Shown here piece by piece: positions 1-12,473 of a DNA stretch of 64,000 nt. Each line of letters starts with the position of its first letter. Position 1 is the stretch's first letter. Under the pieces are notes generated by a model. The model searched no databases and was not told the DNA's origin. It saw nothing but the letters and a program-made list of their open reading frames with translations. Source of the DNA: Gnetum montanum (taxonomy: Eukaryota > Plantae > Gnetophyta); the NCBI GenBank assembly GCA_015680685.1, contig MNCI01003467.1, forward strand, positions 186,001 to 250,000, read 5' to 3'. The position numbers were made by a program, and so were the translations under genes.

Positions 1-3000
1 TCATCCACATACACTTGAGCACCAGTTTCTCAACAAGAAGTACCTGCTTCCATTCCCACCTTCTCCATGCCCAACAATCAATCTGATACATCCATCTCTA
101 TCATGCCCCCACAAGTACAGTCCTAACAATCCCCTCCTCAAAGTAATGTAGGATCAATCTTCCAACCTGAAGTAATTGGGATGCCATCAGTTATACCAGC
201 TTCCACATCTACCCATTACATACCACAAGTACAAACCCACGGAGCACCTCTGATTACTTCAGCCCAACACGTTCAAGGGGTCACCTCTCAACCTGTGGTT
301 TGGTAGTGGGTTTCACCGGCTATTCAACAATACCAACCTACTCACTACAGTGTACCACACCCTACAATCTCATCTTTGAATGTCACTCCACCACAACAAC
401 TAACAATCCAATAGTCTCCCTTTCCACAAATAATGCAACAATCAAACTACTACCAATCGTAATCTACTCAACCAGTCGGTCTACCTACCATCCAAGAGTG
501 GGCAGACACAAAGAAAATGATGCACTCATTAACTAATGAGGTAAATTACCTTAAAACTACAAACACTAAGGAAGTCAAGGTGTTGGGATTTGACCAAGAT
601 GACCCAATCAATCCTTCAGTTCCACCGTTAACCTTACCAAAGGGAATCTCATTACCTCAACTAACCAAATATAATGGAGAGGGAGATCCAAATGCCCATT
701 TGCTAACATTTCAACTAGAATTTCTATTGCTTCAGGCTTGGCCTCATGTAATTCTACATGTATTTGCTATGTCCTTAATAGGAAAAGCCTTAAACTAGTA
801 TCGAGCTTTACCCTGTAACTTCATATCCTCTCTAGAGGATTTGTTACATTAGTTTGTTACCCGTTTCAAATATAATCTAAAGCCTCAAGCCACACTAGAT
901 AGCCTGATTCAAATTAAATAAGTGTCATTAGAGCCAGTACAAAAATTTATCCAAAGGTGGAGTGTAGCCCTGAATAAACTTCACGAGCCCATCCTTGAAA
1001 CATACTTGCTCACCATCCTTAAAGCCACCATGAATGACTTTATTAAATCAAAACTTCATTATTTGAGTGCTTGTACTTTGAGTTAAGCATTCGCATAGAT
1101 TAAGAACATAGAAGAGGCAGTGCAAGCAATGACCCAACTTACTTAACCTTTAGAAGCCAACATACGAGGAAGGATAAGCATAAATCCAAAACAACGGTAG
1201 CAGTAATGGTGGAGACAGTCCAACCTAAAAATTCAGGATAGAAAGGAAAAAAACCCACATACATGGGTCACACTCATACATTTGAACGAAAATATCCCAC
1301 CCAATATACACCCTTGCCTATGAAGCCTTCACAATTGTTAGATCAACTTCTAAAGGCTGGGTTAATCAAACATAAACAAATGTCCCCTGCGGCATCCCAA
1401 AAACATGATCGATTCTATGAGTTGGCTAAGAACCTAACTTTAGCAACAGCTAATGAGCCCCCCATTCCAAGAGGCTTTAGGATGGATAGGTTTTGTGAAT
1501 ATCACCAATGGTGTGGGCACAGAAATGACTACTACTTCACATTAAAACAAAAAAGGATGAAATAGTATTTAATGATGTAAACCTAGTAAGGCCCCATTAC
1601 TAACCCATGGGGGTCTACAAGGATCCTCTCAATACTAATGATGCACCATATCTGATTAACACTATCCATGTGGATAATGGACAAGACGTCCCTTGAAAAC
1701 CTTTTGTGATTCGTAGGCCTTCTGAAACTACATCTACCCCAACACCTCCCCAAACCCCTTTTTTCATACACACATTCCCCACAACACAAAAACCATTCAT
1801 TGTTCACATACCCCCTTTTGTCATAGCAGCAACCATGCCATTAGGAACCCGACCCACTCCCTTTGTAATCTAAGTGCCAAAACACCCTGATGTGCAACCC
1901 CCTATAGTTCCCCCACAACCCTTACGAGAGCACCTTGCTGATAGGCTCACAAGAGAGCGCCTAGAAAAGGAACATCATGAGCACAAATTAGGACCACCAA
2001 AGCCCATATGCTAAATGTTGTTCTATGGTTCCATCCACTGGTAAGCCTAGCACAAGTCATCAAGAGAAGAATACCGGCACTCACAGGGTACCAAACTCAA
2101 CATCCCCAGTTACTAGGGTAAGAATCCCTCCACAAGAGATATGAATGCTAGGTCAAATGGACCAAGTTTTCATAGACAAGAGTTCCCCAAGTGGTAAGGA
2201 TCTAGTGAGTTAATTGACCCAATTCATGCAAGCTTTAAAATAAAAGAATACTTCTTTAAGCCTGTACAATCTAGTAATGACCTCACTAGTACATCCGGAA
2301 GCTCTCGTGCGTATGTTGACTTCAATTCTTGTTAGTGAGGACCTTCCCATAGATGAGCCATCCATTTATGCAGTACTATCCCCACAACCTCAAGAATCAA
2401 GGTCCACATCCCTAGAGTTTTGTGATAATGAAATTAAGAAAGATGAGAAAACAAGAGAGGTCACTACAACCCCTATGTTAATAATAATACAAGTCAACCA
2501 CTTCAAAATACATAGGGTTCATGTCGATGACGGTGTAGCAACAAACATAATACTCTTTCCTATCATCAAAAAATTAGGTCTTACAGAGCAAATAAAGCCT
2601 ATAAAAACTTCCGTTTTAAAATCCTTCAGTGGTTCCCATGTCATGGTAAAAGGCATGGTTACATTGGATTTCGTAGCGGGGGACCAGTTCCCCACATCGG
2701 TTGAATTTGTAGTAGTTGATGAAATGCTGAGGTTTAATCTAATTCTAGGATGACCTTGGCTATCTCAAATTAGGGTCGTATCCTCACCAATCCATCAAGA
2801 AATCCACCTACCTTATGAGGGTAGTGAGATCATCATACACAGGGACATGACAGAATCTTCACTTCCTCACACTCGGGAATGGATCAAGGGTAAGAGGTTG
2901 AATTCTCTAAGCCTAAACAAGAAACCACGAGCGCACTTCAAGACACAAGCCAACCGTTAACCCATGATCCTACTAGAACTGAGGAAGCACTAGATGTCAC

Positions 3001-3148
3001 AAACATAGGAGCCATTCTCGTTGATGTCTCTTGGTCGGAGCTGCCCTTTGAAATCACTAGTGAAGGGGAAGGTGAGTATAAGATCATACCTACATGCCCT
3101 AGCCCTCATGTCAAACTACGAAGGATTAAAAAGCAACTAAATAACTAG
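1..3148 (+). pseudogene. gag: Decayed Gag-protease polyprotein of element A
   Basis: P/S/T/Q-rich linker, Gag core (LPQLTKYNGEGDPNAHL..FAMSLIGKALN*YRALP), zinc knuckle FCEYHQWCGH, protease RVHVDDGVATNII..FNLILG*PWL, ending EGEYKII..IKKQLNN* at 3146-3148. Many internal stops and frameshifts. Confidence 0.9.
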
Positions 3149-3149
3149 G

Positions 3150-3420
3150 GCAAACTACCAACGTCTGGAATGATGTTAAACTACCATCTATCTGGTACGA
3201 TGTTAAATTGCCAATGAACATCCGTAATAACGTTAAACTAGCCATGGTCAAAAATGGCCGGTTTCTTTTAAGTCTCCTAAAACTGTTATTTCTTTCGGCC
3301 CACTATGGCCTAAAACTAGTAATCCCTCTTTCTATCTTCAACACAGATGAAATGGTCCACCATGACTTTAAACTAATGTACACAACCCAAGATGGCCTTA
3401 AACTAGAGCTTAGTATATTA
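3150..3420 (+). repeat. Degenerate short tandem array with TAAACTRS core directly after the gag-PR stop (A)
   Basis: Repeated gatgttaaactac / cctaaaactag / ccttaaactag units. Confidence 0.6.
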
Positions 3421-3790
3421 CAGGTTTATACACTATCGTTACGTTACATTAAATTTTCATTTACATGTTACAAGTTGCAATTTTGATTCATGCCTTCTTG
3501 TTACTTTTGTTTTTTACAAATATTTTATTTATGTTTTGTTCTACATTTTGGAATCTCATTTTACATTCAGCTACATGCATATGTTCATGATATACTTGAG
3601 AAAATAAGAAAAACAACAAAAAAAAGGAGAAAAAGAAAAAAATATTGAATGTCAACATGGCAATAGAATGCCATGACTTTATGCCATAATTAAATCCATG
3701 TTATTACTTCTATCCTCATACATTTCCATTAGGAATTTGAAAATCCAAAACATTTAATAGCCAAAGCTGGACTAACAGTTAGCTCACACA

Positions 3791-3877
3791 TTAGTACTAG
3801 GAGGGGGGCTAGCCCCCAAAATCCTCCACATCATCTGCTCCCACTCCATTAGGGCTAGCCTCATCATTACTATGTCC
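3791..3877 (-). pseudogene. Last exon of the antisense gene (copy A)
   Basis: Minus-strand acceptor ttgtag followed by GHSNDEASPNGVGADDVEDFGG*PP. Similar in sequence and position to the B exon at 22113-22184 (ATGDGSGLSGQDVGDGPPPLVVP*). Confidence 0.6.
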
Positions 3878-4020
3878 CTACAACAGGATGAAAAACAAAC
3901 AAAAAAGTAAGCATAACAAAACAACTTATGAATGCATAACCTAGAAGAGCAGTAACACTAACACTAAAAACAATAAAACCATACAAAAATAAGTGCCATA
4001 ATAAAACACTCACAGGTGAA

Positions 4021-4140
4021 GAAGGGCCTTACTTAGTCACCAAGGCGTACAATAACAGAGCATTCAAACTTGCTGACATGGACAAGAATAAGTTCGCTAA
4101 TCCCACAAATCACCTGTACCTAAAATGGCACCATATCTAA
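4021..4140 (+). pseudogene. Integrase C-terminal GPY/F module remnant
   Basis: Translates EGPYLVTKAYNNRAFKLADMDKNKFANPTNHLYLKWHHI*, matching the Tat-type WEGPY..AY.L..N..LK.Y integrase end. Confidence 0.8.
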
Positions 4141-4159
4141 TGAACTTGAGGTATGTAAC

Positions 4160-4525
4160 AGTCCTGGCATCACAACCTAAAACTAATACCATAGAGCGAT
4201 CCTAGCATCATGACCTAAAACTAATACCATAGAAGAGTCCTAGGGCTATGACTTGAAACTGGCACCATAGAGTGTCCCGGCATCATGATAGCAAACTGAC
4301 ACCATAGAGCTCCATTTAGTATGACACTAAACTGCCACATTTTTCTGCCATAACATAAAACTAGCATGCAGAGTCCACTAAGACTATAAACTGGTTTGCC
4401 TCTTCACAAGTCTGCTACAACTATAAACTAGCACTACACCATCCACTACGATGGTAAACTGGCACCATCCAAAGGGTTATGACGTGAAACTAACCTGCAA
4501 CAGTTCACTAGGACTATAAACTAGC
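4160..4525 (+). repeat. Tandem array of about 11 variable 26-38 bp units (3' UTR array typical of Tat/Ogre)
   Basis: Units such as cctagcatcatgacctaaaactaataccatagag, all with an AAACTR core. Confidence 0.85.
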
Positions 4526-5693
4526 GACCTCATTGATGACTAGGAAATACTTGAAAAGATATGTTGTTGCAATTGGCTGTACTATTCCACAAAGACTTGC
4601 TGCATAATCTTTCTCATGAATCCTGATGAAGCTGATGATGTTCATGATTCCGTCTACTTTGAAATTGCACACGATAGCTCCATGGCCTTGATTATTTTCC
4701 AGTTTAAAGTGCTTAGTTAACCGAATTATTTGTGGTTTTCTTGTCTTCTTGGAGTTGTGTTTGCAGGATGACACGCTTGAGGTGTTCGTGCATAGATGCA
4801 CTTCATCATGACGACAAGGTATCACACTCTTCCTAACACACGCAATTGGGATAATCAATCTGTTCATAAGTACATATCTGACTTTTGATACATTCCCTAT
4901 TCTCCATCATGTTCCCCTTATCCTATTCAATTACACCCCCTTGATACATTCTACTCATCCCAAAGCTCTTAATACACTGTTGCACACTGTGACTTCCTAA
5001 AGTAGTTACAACGCAAAACACAATACACAGTACATGACACAAATGTAATCACATGAGCACGAGTATAGCACTGGAAGCAAGCTCTTACAAAAATAAAAAA
5101 AAATAACAAAAATGAAAAACAAAAGAGGAACAACCAAAAACAAAAAGAACAAAAAGATCAAAGAGCAAAATGCATGGAAAAGGTCTTCATGACCTTGTTG
5201 ACATCATAGACTAAAGACCATTGGATCTTCTCATACAAGCCCCAGGTGGGAAGACAATTGTCTTGAAAAAACAGTTACACTCGTGTCTCAAATGATCATG
5301 TTTCACATCATCACGTGGTTTTGGCTATTTACAATAGGCTCTTATAAACACTCTACAAGAGTCCTATTTCTCCAAAGAATGCACCTCCTATGCCTTGGTT
5401 CCGAGTTTGCTAAACACTGGCTACTAATAAGGACCAAAAATATGGCTTGTTCACATGAGAGCATTCCTCTCCCACAATTCCAATGGCAATTACAACCCTT
5501 GATTGAATCCTGATTCCACCTAGTTACAACCAATACCTTTGCATCTTGAACCGCATGTTCCCAATCCCATGTACTTTTGAACATGGTGCAATGACGTATA
5601 GCGAGGGGCCAACGGACAATGCTTGGTACTTGGTTGGTCGTGGTGCTTTGTGCTTCTTTGTCGATGCCTCTTGGGTGGATTCCTCCAAACATC

Positions 5694-5705
5694 AAGAAGG
5701 ACCAA
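5694..5705 (+). promoter_or_regulatory. Polypurine tract of element A
   Basis: aagaaggaccaa directly before TGAAACATCA. Homologous to the PPTs of E (aaagaggggcca), B and D. Confidence 0.7.
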
Positions 5706-7430
5706 TGAAACATCACTAATTTCAGCCTAACACTTTGAAATGAAAACAACTCATAGACTCTTCAACTTTCAGGAGGCAAAAATTTAACTAAGGCATGGGA
5801 CTCACACTGGGCTTGTCAAGCTGAGCTTACCCTCAGCGTGAGCAAATCCAACGACTTCAAAATCAAGTCAAAGAGGGTCCAATATGAGGGTGCAAGTCAT
5901 CCTCAAGGGTCACTATTTTCCACTTCAAGTTCCAGCATTCAGGAGTTTAGATTTTGGGCCAAATTTCACAAATTTTCCTAGCTTACGCTAAAGTCATGCT
6001 GGCAATGTAAGTACAGCGTGAGTAACTCCAAGAGCCTTAAAATTGAGTTAAAATGGTCTAACTTCGAAGGTGCAAGTCATCTTCAATATCCATTGATGAC
6101 TACTTCAAGTCCCAGCCTCTAGAATTCCAAACTTCGGGCCCAAAATTGTAGAGATTTTGTCACTCACGCTGAGCTCATGCTGACAGCATGAGTCCAATGT
6201 GAGCAACCAAAAGTGGCTTAAATCAAGGCACACCCAAGCTCATGTTTTGACATGTAGTTCACTCTCAAGGTCAAACATACTTAGGAAATTGTTGCACTCA
6301 AACAAAAGGCCTCAAAGATCAAAAATTAGTGTGAAATGTGTCATTTACATCAGGTCACACTGAGGTCACATTGGCAATATGAGTACAGCGTGAGTACTAA
6401 TCACGCCTAGTCAAAAGCATGCCAAACACACACTGAGGACATGCCAAGATAAAATAAACTCATGCTAGAAGCTTTTGTAAAATAAAAATGCCTCAAATAT
6501 CCACAAAACCACTCACATCAACACCCTACAGTAGTCAATCCATGGATCGAGAAGTTCCAAGCAAGCCGGAGTCAATTTCTCTTGTTATACATTATCATTT
6601 CTATTGTAAATTTTTATCATTTGTGAGCTTGTCAAGCTCTTATGCTCCAAATTATATCTTCTTCTATGGGCGTAAGCTAGCTTGTGTAAGCTAATACACG
6701 TTGTAAGATATAGTGCATCCAGTCAAAAATGTAGCCTTTTCACATGCATCCAAGTCATACACAGTTGTCCATCAAACACGTGTCACATGATTCATTTTCC
6801 TCTCATTTCTTAGTTGTTGATTCCATCCATGAATTCCACACACAAGCCTAGCCAAACCTTATAAATACCCTATCAATTCACATAANGCACACAAGCCTAG
6901 CCAAACCTTATAAATACCCTATCAATTCACATAAATGGGGTTGCCAATTTTTACGGTTGACGGCTTTGGGAGCATTAACCAACAACTTTGGACGCTCGAG
7001 CACACGTGACTCCTAGCATCCAAGCACCTACGAACACATCACCCTAGGGCTTAGCACTTGACTTGCCATCAATACACGCAACTATGCTTTGACCAATTCA
7101 CATCTTTTTAAGCAATACAATATAGTTCATTATTTCCTTTCATTACATTGTTTGCCCTATTTTATCTATTTCATGATTTTGTATACGCCATTACGATTAC
7201 GTTTTGTTTACATTTTTTATGCTACCAGTTACGATAACTCCAGTGCAAGCCATAGCTTACGCTTAGGGAAGTTCTTGGTTGATTTGCGTGCAGACCATCC
7301 AAGGCACTCTACCTTTGTTTCCTTTTCCAGATTTCCCTCACACAAAGGCAGGGTTGACTTTGTCTCTCTAGCAATCTTTTGGCATTTGTTTTTTCCTTCC
7401 AACCTGACGTTGATAATTTCGGTCAACACA
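5706..7430 (+). repeat. 3' LTR of element A (~1.7 kb)
   Basis: Starts TGAAACATCA and ends ttcggtcaacaCA. TATA-like cttataaataccc near 6858. Both termini resemble the E LTR (46002-47842, -). Confidence 0.8.
5800..6400. repeat. Four ~183 bp periodic repeats inside the A LTR with a self-complementary TCACGCTG..CAGCGTGA motif
   Basis: Motif at ~5801, 5982, 6162 and 6354, with similar intervening blocks (gtgcaagtcatc..caagt). Confidence 0.75.
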
Positions 7431-7536
7431 ATTCCTCATTCATGTCATTAAAGTCTATACCACATCTATCTGATCCCTAGGTTCTACACTATTTATGCCT
7501 TTTGTGTCAACTATTCTTCCTTAAAAAATCATTGAT

Positions 7537-8209
7537 ATGGCTACAAACTATGAATTTTCTTGCATCTATGACCCTAAGGATCCAACCATAGTGAAGTGTA
7601 GGCAATCTCTTAGATGGCTAAGACTCAACCCAACCCATACAAACATTAATAAAGAGTACCATGACTTTATTTGTGCAAAAATCTAAGCTGGTTTATGCAT
7701 CCCACATAAGGAGTTAGAATCCAAGCATTAATATGAGTTGATTCATAGGAATAGAAAAGAGTACATCCTCCCCTTATGGCCATATCAAACTATTAGAATT
7801 TTATATGTGCATGTTAGCAAAACTAGTGGATGTAGATGATGAGGTCAAAATGAGTGAGAAATCCAATTTAGAGTAAGATCAAGAAGATCAAGATGAGTTT
7901 GGAGCCTATTTTGAGACTGATGCTCACTTAGGGGATCATTCACACTAGTCTATTCCTAGAATAACCATGTTTAACTTTGTGCCTCTTATCTTAGTAATAA
8001 AAAAAACACATCCTACAAACTCTATGAATCAAACCTCTCAACCTGCTTCCTTGTTCACTTCCATGTTTATGTCAACATCCTTCTCTATAGTTCCCCAGCC
8101 TCCACTAGTAATCCCTTTTGTGGCATAAACCTTCACAGTTTTAGTCAATCCCTCTTGTGGAACTCAAATCCCACATGTTTTACAACACCCTTTTGTTATC
8201 AATACACCT
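7537..8209 (+). pseudogene. gag: N-terminal part of C gag, interrupted by D
   Basis: MATNYEFSCIYDPKDPTIVKCRQ..NINKEYHDFICAKI*AGLCIPHKELESKH*YELIHRNRKEYI, homologous to 10135 (+) and 26559 (-). Confidence 0.8.
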
Positions 8210-9153
8210 TGAAACATCTCAAAGAATATTCATGATGCAAACAAGAAGCCTTGTAATAAGATTTAGTCATATAATTTTAATCAAATTCAAGAGCAAACAT
8301 AAATTCCTTGATTTTTCTTCACACCGTCCATTTTGTGATCCTATTTTGTTAAAATCTCATCATATTTTCACTTTGTAAGATGTAATTCATGAAATAAAAT
8401 GTCAACTATACTATTAATCACACTATAGTAGCATATTTAAGTCTACAATTATCAAATACATTACCAAAAATGTTGCAATTAAATTCATAGGAGTCAAAAA
8501 ACGCTAGTGACAAAAATGATACATTTTTGAACCATAAAAATGGTCAAAATGGTATGTAACCATCCAAGAAGCTTATCAAAGCCTAAATAATGGAAAATAG
8601 AAAATTGTGATCTATTTAATTAAGATTTGACATTAATTTTGGGACATGTTAGGGCCTGTTTTTGGCAAGCAGATATTTTTGACAAGAGAATAGAGAAAAC
8701 CTATTGAGTTTCACTAGGAAGTAGACTAAGCAAACCAAACATATTTTTGAGGACTATGGCATACATACTACCTATCAACAAGCTATATTTCAATACCATG
8801 TTCATAAAGATCTTTAGAATATTCACAATTTCACACTCTATATTCTCTCATCATTATACTTTGCAACATTAAATAAAACATTTGCAGTTTCTTTGGCTAC
8901 ATCTATTTACTATTATTTTTAACTTTATATCTTGATTCTCATAGATCTAATGTTGGATATATATTTTTCTCATTTTGTTACTCGTTATCACTTGTTTTTA
9001 TTCAATTCATTTAGTAACAGATTTATAAGTCCTTAGATGATTGACAAGACTACCCAAGAAACCTTAGATTCTTTTTGAGACATGTGGATTTTGAGGTAAA
9101 ACTATTCCACACAAATTCTTTTAATTTTCACCATCAATTTTTCTGTAGTTATA
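8210..9153 (+). repeat. 5' LTR of D
   Basis: Starts TGAAACATC and is collinear over ~940 bp with 35823-36764. Confidence 0.9.
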
Positions 9154-9159
9154 GTTTTT

Positions 9160-9175
9160 TGATGCTAGAAGGAGG
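9160..9175 (+). promoter_or_regulatory. Primer binding site, tRNA-Asn type (D)
   Basis: tgatgctagaaggagg is TGGCGCTAGAAGGAGG with two transitions, complementary to the 3' end of plant tRNA-Asn(GUU). Lies just after the LTR. Confidence 0.8.
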
Positions 9176-9616
9176 ACCTCTACCTAATTTCTTGACATAT
9201 ACCTGGGTGCAAACACTATTTGCCAATTTCAACTTTTTCATAGCATTACATTTAGCATATAGGAGTTATTTCTTATGGTCTATAACATCAACATATTTGA
9301 GTTTTAGTACTTTATTTATTGGGTTTTTTATGTGTCAACATTTTTATGTAAGTCTTCAAACTCTCTGCTGCAGTCAAAACCTACAAATATGATGGCTTTA
9401 GGTTGCCTGAAACCTTAAAATCTACTCTTATATCCCTAGTAATCCTAGTGTTGGTTCAAAAACACTATGATTAAAATATTACAACTAGTTTACAGTTATT
9501 CAGTTACAATAAATTATGTTCATAGTTTCTTTGCACTCTACTTTTTCTATTTTTTGCATTTACATAGTATAGTTTTTATTCTTATTTATGTTGTAGCTAT
9601 TTTTCCATTTTTCGTA

Positions 9617-9835
9617 GTGTTACCTCAAATATGCTAGGACAAATAAATTTAGAGTAGCCATTTTCACATTTTTTTCTAGAACTACCTCAAATATGTTGGG
9701 ATCTATTCACAATAGCCATTTCCCCATTGTTTACCTAGCACTACCTCACAAATGTTGGGATAAATTCACAGTAGCCATTTTCTCATTCTTTTCCAAACAC
9801 TACCTCAAATGCACTAGGTCAAATATACTCTAGCT
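9617..9835 (+). repeat. About four ~60 bp tandem repeats in the 5' UTR of D
   Basis: actacctcaaatatgytgggata...tagccattt units. Confidence 0.8.
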
Positions 9836-10134
9836 AGTTTACTCTTTTGCTTTTACAAGAAAAAAAAAACTATTTTTACATTTCAAATTCACTATAATTT
9901 TTCTATTTTTGCACTTACATTTTCATAGAGTTTTCTATTTATGCTATGACTCAAACAAGCTATCAATTAAGCTATCAAACAAGCTACTTAAATAAGTTGA
10001 AAAATAAGTTGTTAAACAAGTTGCTGCTACAACTCATCTATACTATTAAAGCCTATGCCACATCTACCCAATCCATTATTTCTACACTATTTATGCCTTT
10101 CATGTTAATCATATTTCCTCTTCACATAGTTGGT

Positions 10135-11228
10135 ATGACCTTAAACCAAGACTCCACTTGCATCTTCAATCCTAAAGATCCTATTATTGTCAAACATTAT
10201 CAAATCCTTGGGTGTATCTACAAACGTTTCCTATATATGAACATAAATGAGGATTACTACAACTTCATTTGTGCAAAGATACAACTTGGCTTACATATTC
10301 CATGCAAAGAATTAGATTCCAAGTACTAGTTTGAGATCATCCACAAGAACATGAAAGAATTTATTCCATTCTCTTATGCCCACATTGGGTTGTTGAAACT
10401 ATATGTTAACATGTTAGTATAACTAGTAGATGTTTGTAATGAGGTAGTAGCAAGAAAATAAGCTAGTTTAGACTAGGATCAAGAGGATCAAGTTGAGCTT
10501 GGAACTTATTATAAAATAAAAGTCCACCTAGGAGATCTACTACAACAATCTGTTCTTGAAGTATCCTTGTTCAATTTTTTCCTTTCATTTCTACAATAAA
10601 CCAAACTCTTCCTATGATATCTACAAATACAAGTTCTCAATCTGCTTCTTCATCTTCCTCCATCTTCATCTCCAAAACCTTTTTCTACAATGTTATAGCC
10701 TCGACTAGTCTCATTCATGTCACAATTATTTGCAATTTCAACTAGTCATATTCTGGGATCTCAAATACCACATGTGTCTCATTACCAATTTGTATGCAAT
10801 ACATCCTTTATTCTTCATGTCCCTATGTCAACCTCATTTTGCATGTTTAATCCTCCTACAATGATAGTCACATGGACCCTCTAGGATATACTATTATCCA
10901 TTTCATAAACACCAACTGTTCAACAACTAGCATAGCCTACAAGAGTTCCACAAGAACTGGATCAAGCCTTTCAAATAATCTAGAGCCTTATTGAAGAGTT
11001 GCAAAGACTAAAACCCAACACAAACCAAGAGGTAAAAGTCATGGAATTTTACTAAGATGATCTAATTAGTCCAACTATCCCTTGAATCACATTACCTATA
11101 GGTATCTCCATCCCCAAGCTTACCAAGTACAATGGTGAAGATGATCCAAATGTACACCTTATGACCTTCCATTCAGAATGCTTGTTTCTACAAGCCTAGC
11201 TACACACTATGCTAAAAATATTTCCTAT
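10135..11228 (+). pseudogene. gag: 5' part of D gag, interrupted by B
   Basis: MTLNQDSTCIFNPKDP..LTKYNGEDDPNVHLMTFHSEC..LKIFP; resumes at 28822. Confidence 0.85.
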
Positions 11229-12471
11229 TATTTCATTGAAACAACTTAGTGTTGAAAAACCTGAATATCTTTAATGGAAACAATTTAACCTTGGATCCCA
11301 AGGACCTTCAAGAAAGAGGATCCAAGGCATCCTATATGATATTGTTAATTACCCAGGAACTTGGGCAGTATAAACAGTGTAATTAAATTTAATGAAGAAT
11401 GCAAATCTAATCTAAGAATAAGTACAAAATTTAAACTTGGAATAAACTTGCATAAACAAATGAACTACCAATTTTTATTGAAATAATAAAGATGTAAGAA
11501 CAAAGTTCAAAGGTATACAAGTGTGTGCCTAGATGCACAAGGAATTGCCTAAATGATGCTTGAAGTCTGGTGAAACTGGCAAGTTGTGTTTTGCAATCAG
11601 TTGCATAATTCAAGTGCTTCCAAGATCCAAATTCTAAAACTCCTCATAGGTTATTTAGCTCAAATTTTTTGCATTGATTGTAAAATGATGTAATGGTTAC
11701 TTTACTTTTTTTGCTACAATACAATGTTCTAAGAGTCTCTAATGCTCAACTAATTATCCAGTTGCAAATAAGTCTCAAAAATACCCAAAGGTTTAAGTGC
11801 CAAAGTTTGAAAACGTTGAAGAGCTAAAGAACCACTTGTTCAATGTGTTTAAATTTTTATTTTGTAGGCCATACAATTGGTCACTTGTGGTTGCAAATTT
11901 CTACCATGATTGCTAATAGATTGATGTAATTTGTAGGTGTGGGAAGCCATCAATTCTATTGTAATTTTTCATTTATGGTAATTTCAATGCACCAAGGCCA
12001 TCAACACTATGCTAAGTGCTATAAAAAGTAAATGAACTTTGAAAACTATGTTGGATTTACCAAAACTATGATGGCCTTTCAAAACCAAATTGGCTTCCTA
12101 AGAACCACACTATTCTTGTTGGAACCATGTTGGCCTTGTTTGAAAAATGACAACCCAACAATTCCAACACTGGATGTAGCTAGTTCTAGCATAGTTTTGA
12201 CTATGACTAAAATAAAACCCATGAAAACATAAAATTTGGAAATTTCCAAGGCATTTTCAACCTTCCCCAAGCCCAAATATAGACATGAAATAACTTTTCC
12301 ACCTAGGAAGTGAGCCTATAAAAACTTTTTAGCCTCAAAAAGTTAAAATATGCAAGATTGTAGCCTGTGAGCTACAAACCTTTCATTTTACTATAAATTC
12401 TAGCATCGAGTTTAATGGTAGAGGATACAATGGAAAAAAGTTACAACATGAATTTTCTTGATGGTATTTCA
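11229..12471 (-). repeat. 3' LTR of B
   Basis: Collinear with 27511-28821. Minus strand starts TGAAATACC after the PPT. Confidence 0.9.
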
Positions 12472-12473
12472 TT

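Larger units (their letters stand above)
1..7430 (+). mobile_element. Element A: Ty3/gypsy Tat/Ogre-like element (5' end outside window) with gag-PR, integrase tail, tandem arrays, PPT and 3' LTR
   Basis: Gag and protease remnants at 1-3148, GPY integrase tail at 4021-4140, PPT at 5694-5705 and a TG..CA LTR at 5706-7430. Sequence after 7430 aligns with the 5' UTR of D (~10030 onward). Confidence 0.8.

Noticed and set aside
4160-4525. CRISPR-like look of the conserved-core, variable-spacer arrays (also 31348-31600 and 49222-49560)
   Set aside because: Units are related along their whole length, there are no cas genes, and the context is a plant retrotransposon. They fit Tat/Ogre 3' UTR tandem repeats.
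4514-4867. 117 aa minus-strand ORF (and 5342-5749, 135 aa)
   Set aside because: No recognisable motif, and the frame does not appear to be kept in the homologous region of E.
6839-6934. Perfect 47 bp duplication containing the LTR TATA box
   Set aside because: The two identical copies flank the single N at 6886, in otherwise heavily diverged DNA. This is most likely an unmerged contig overlap.
9160-9175. tRNA-like sequence
   Set aside because: Only the 16 nt PBS complement is present, with no cloverleaf.
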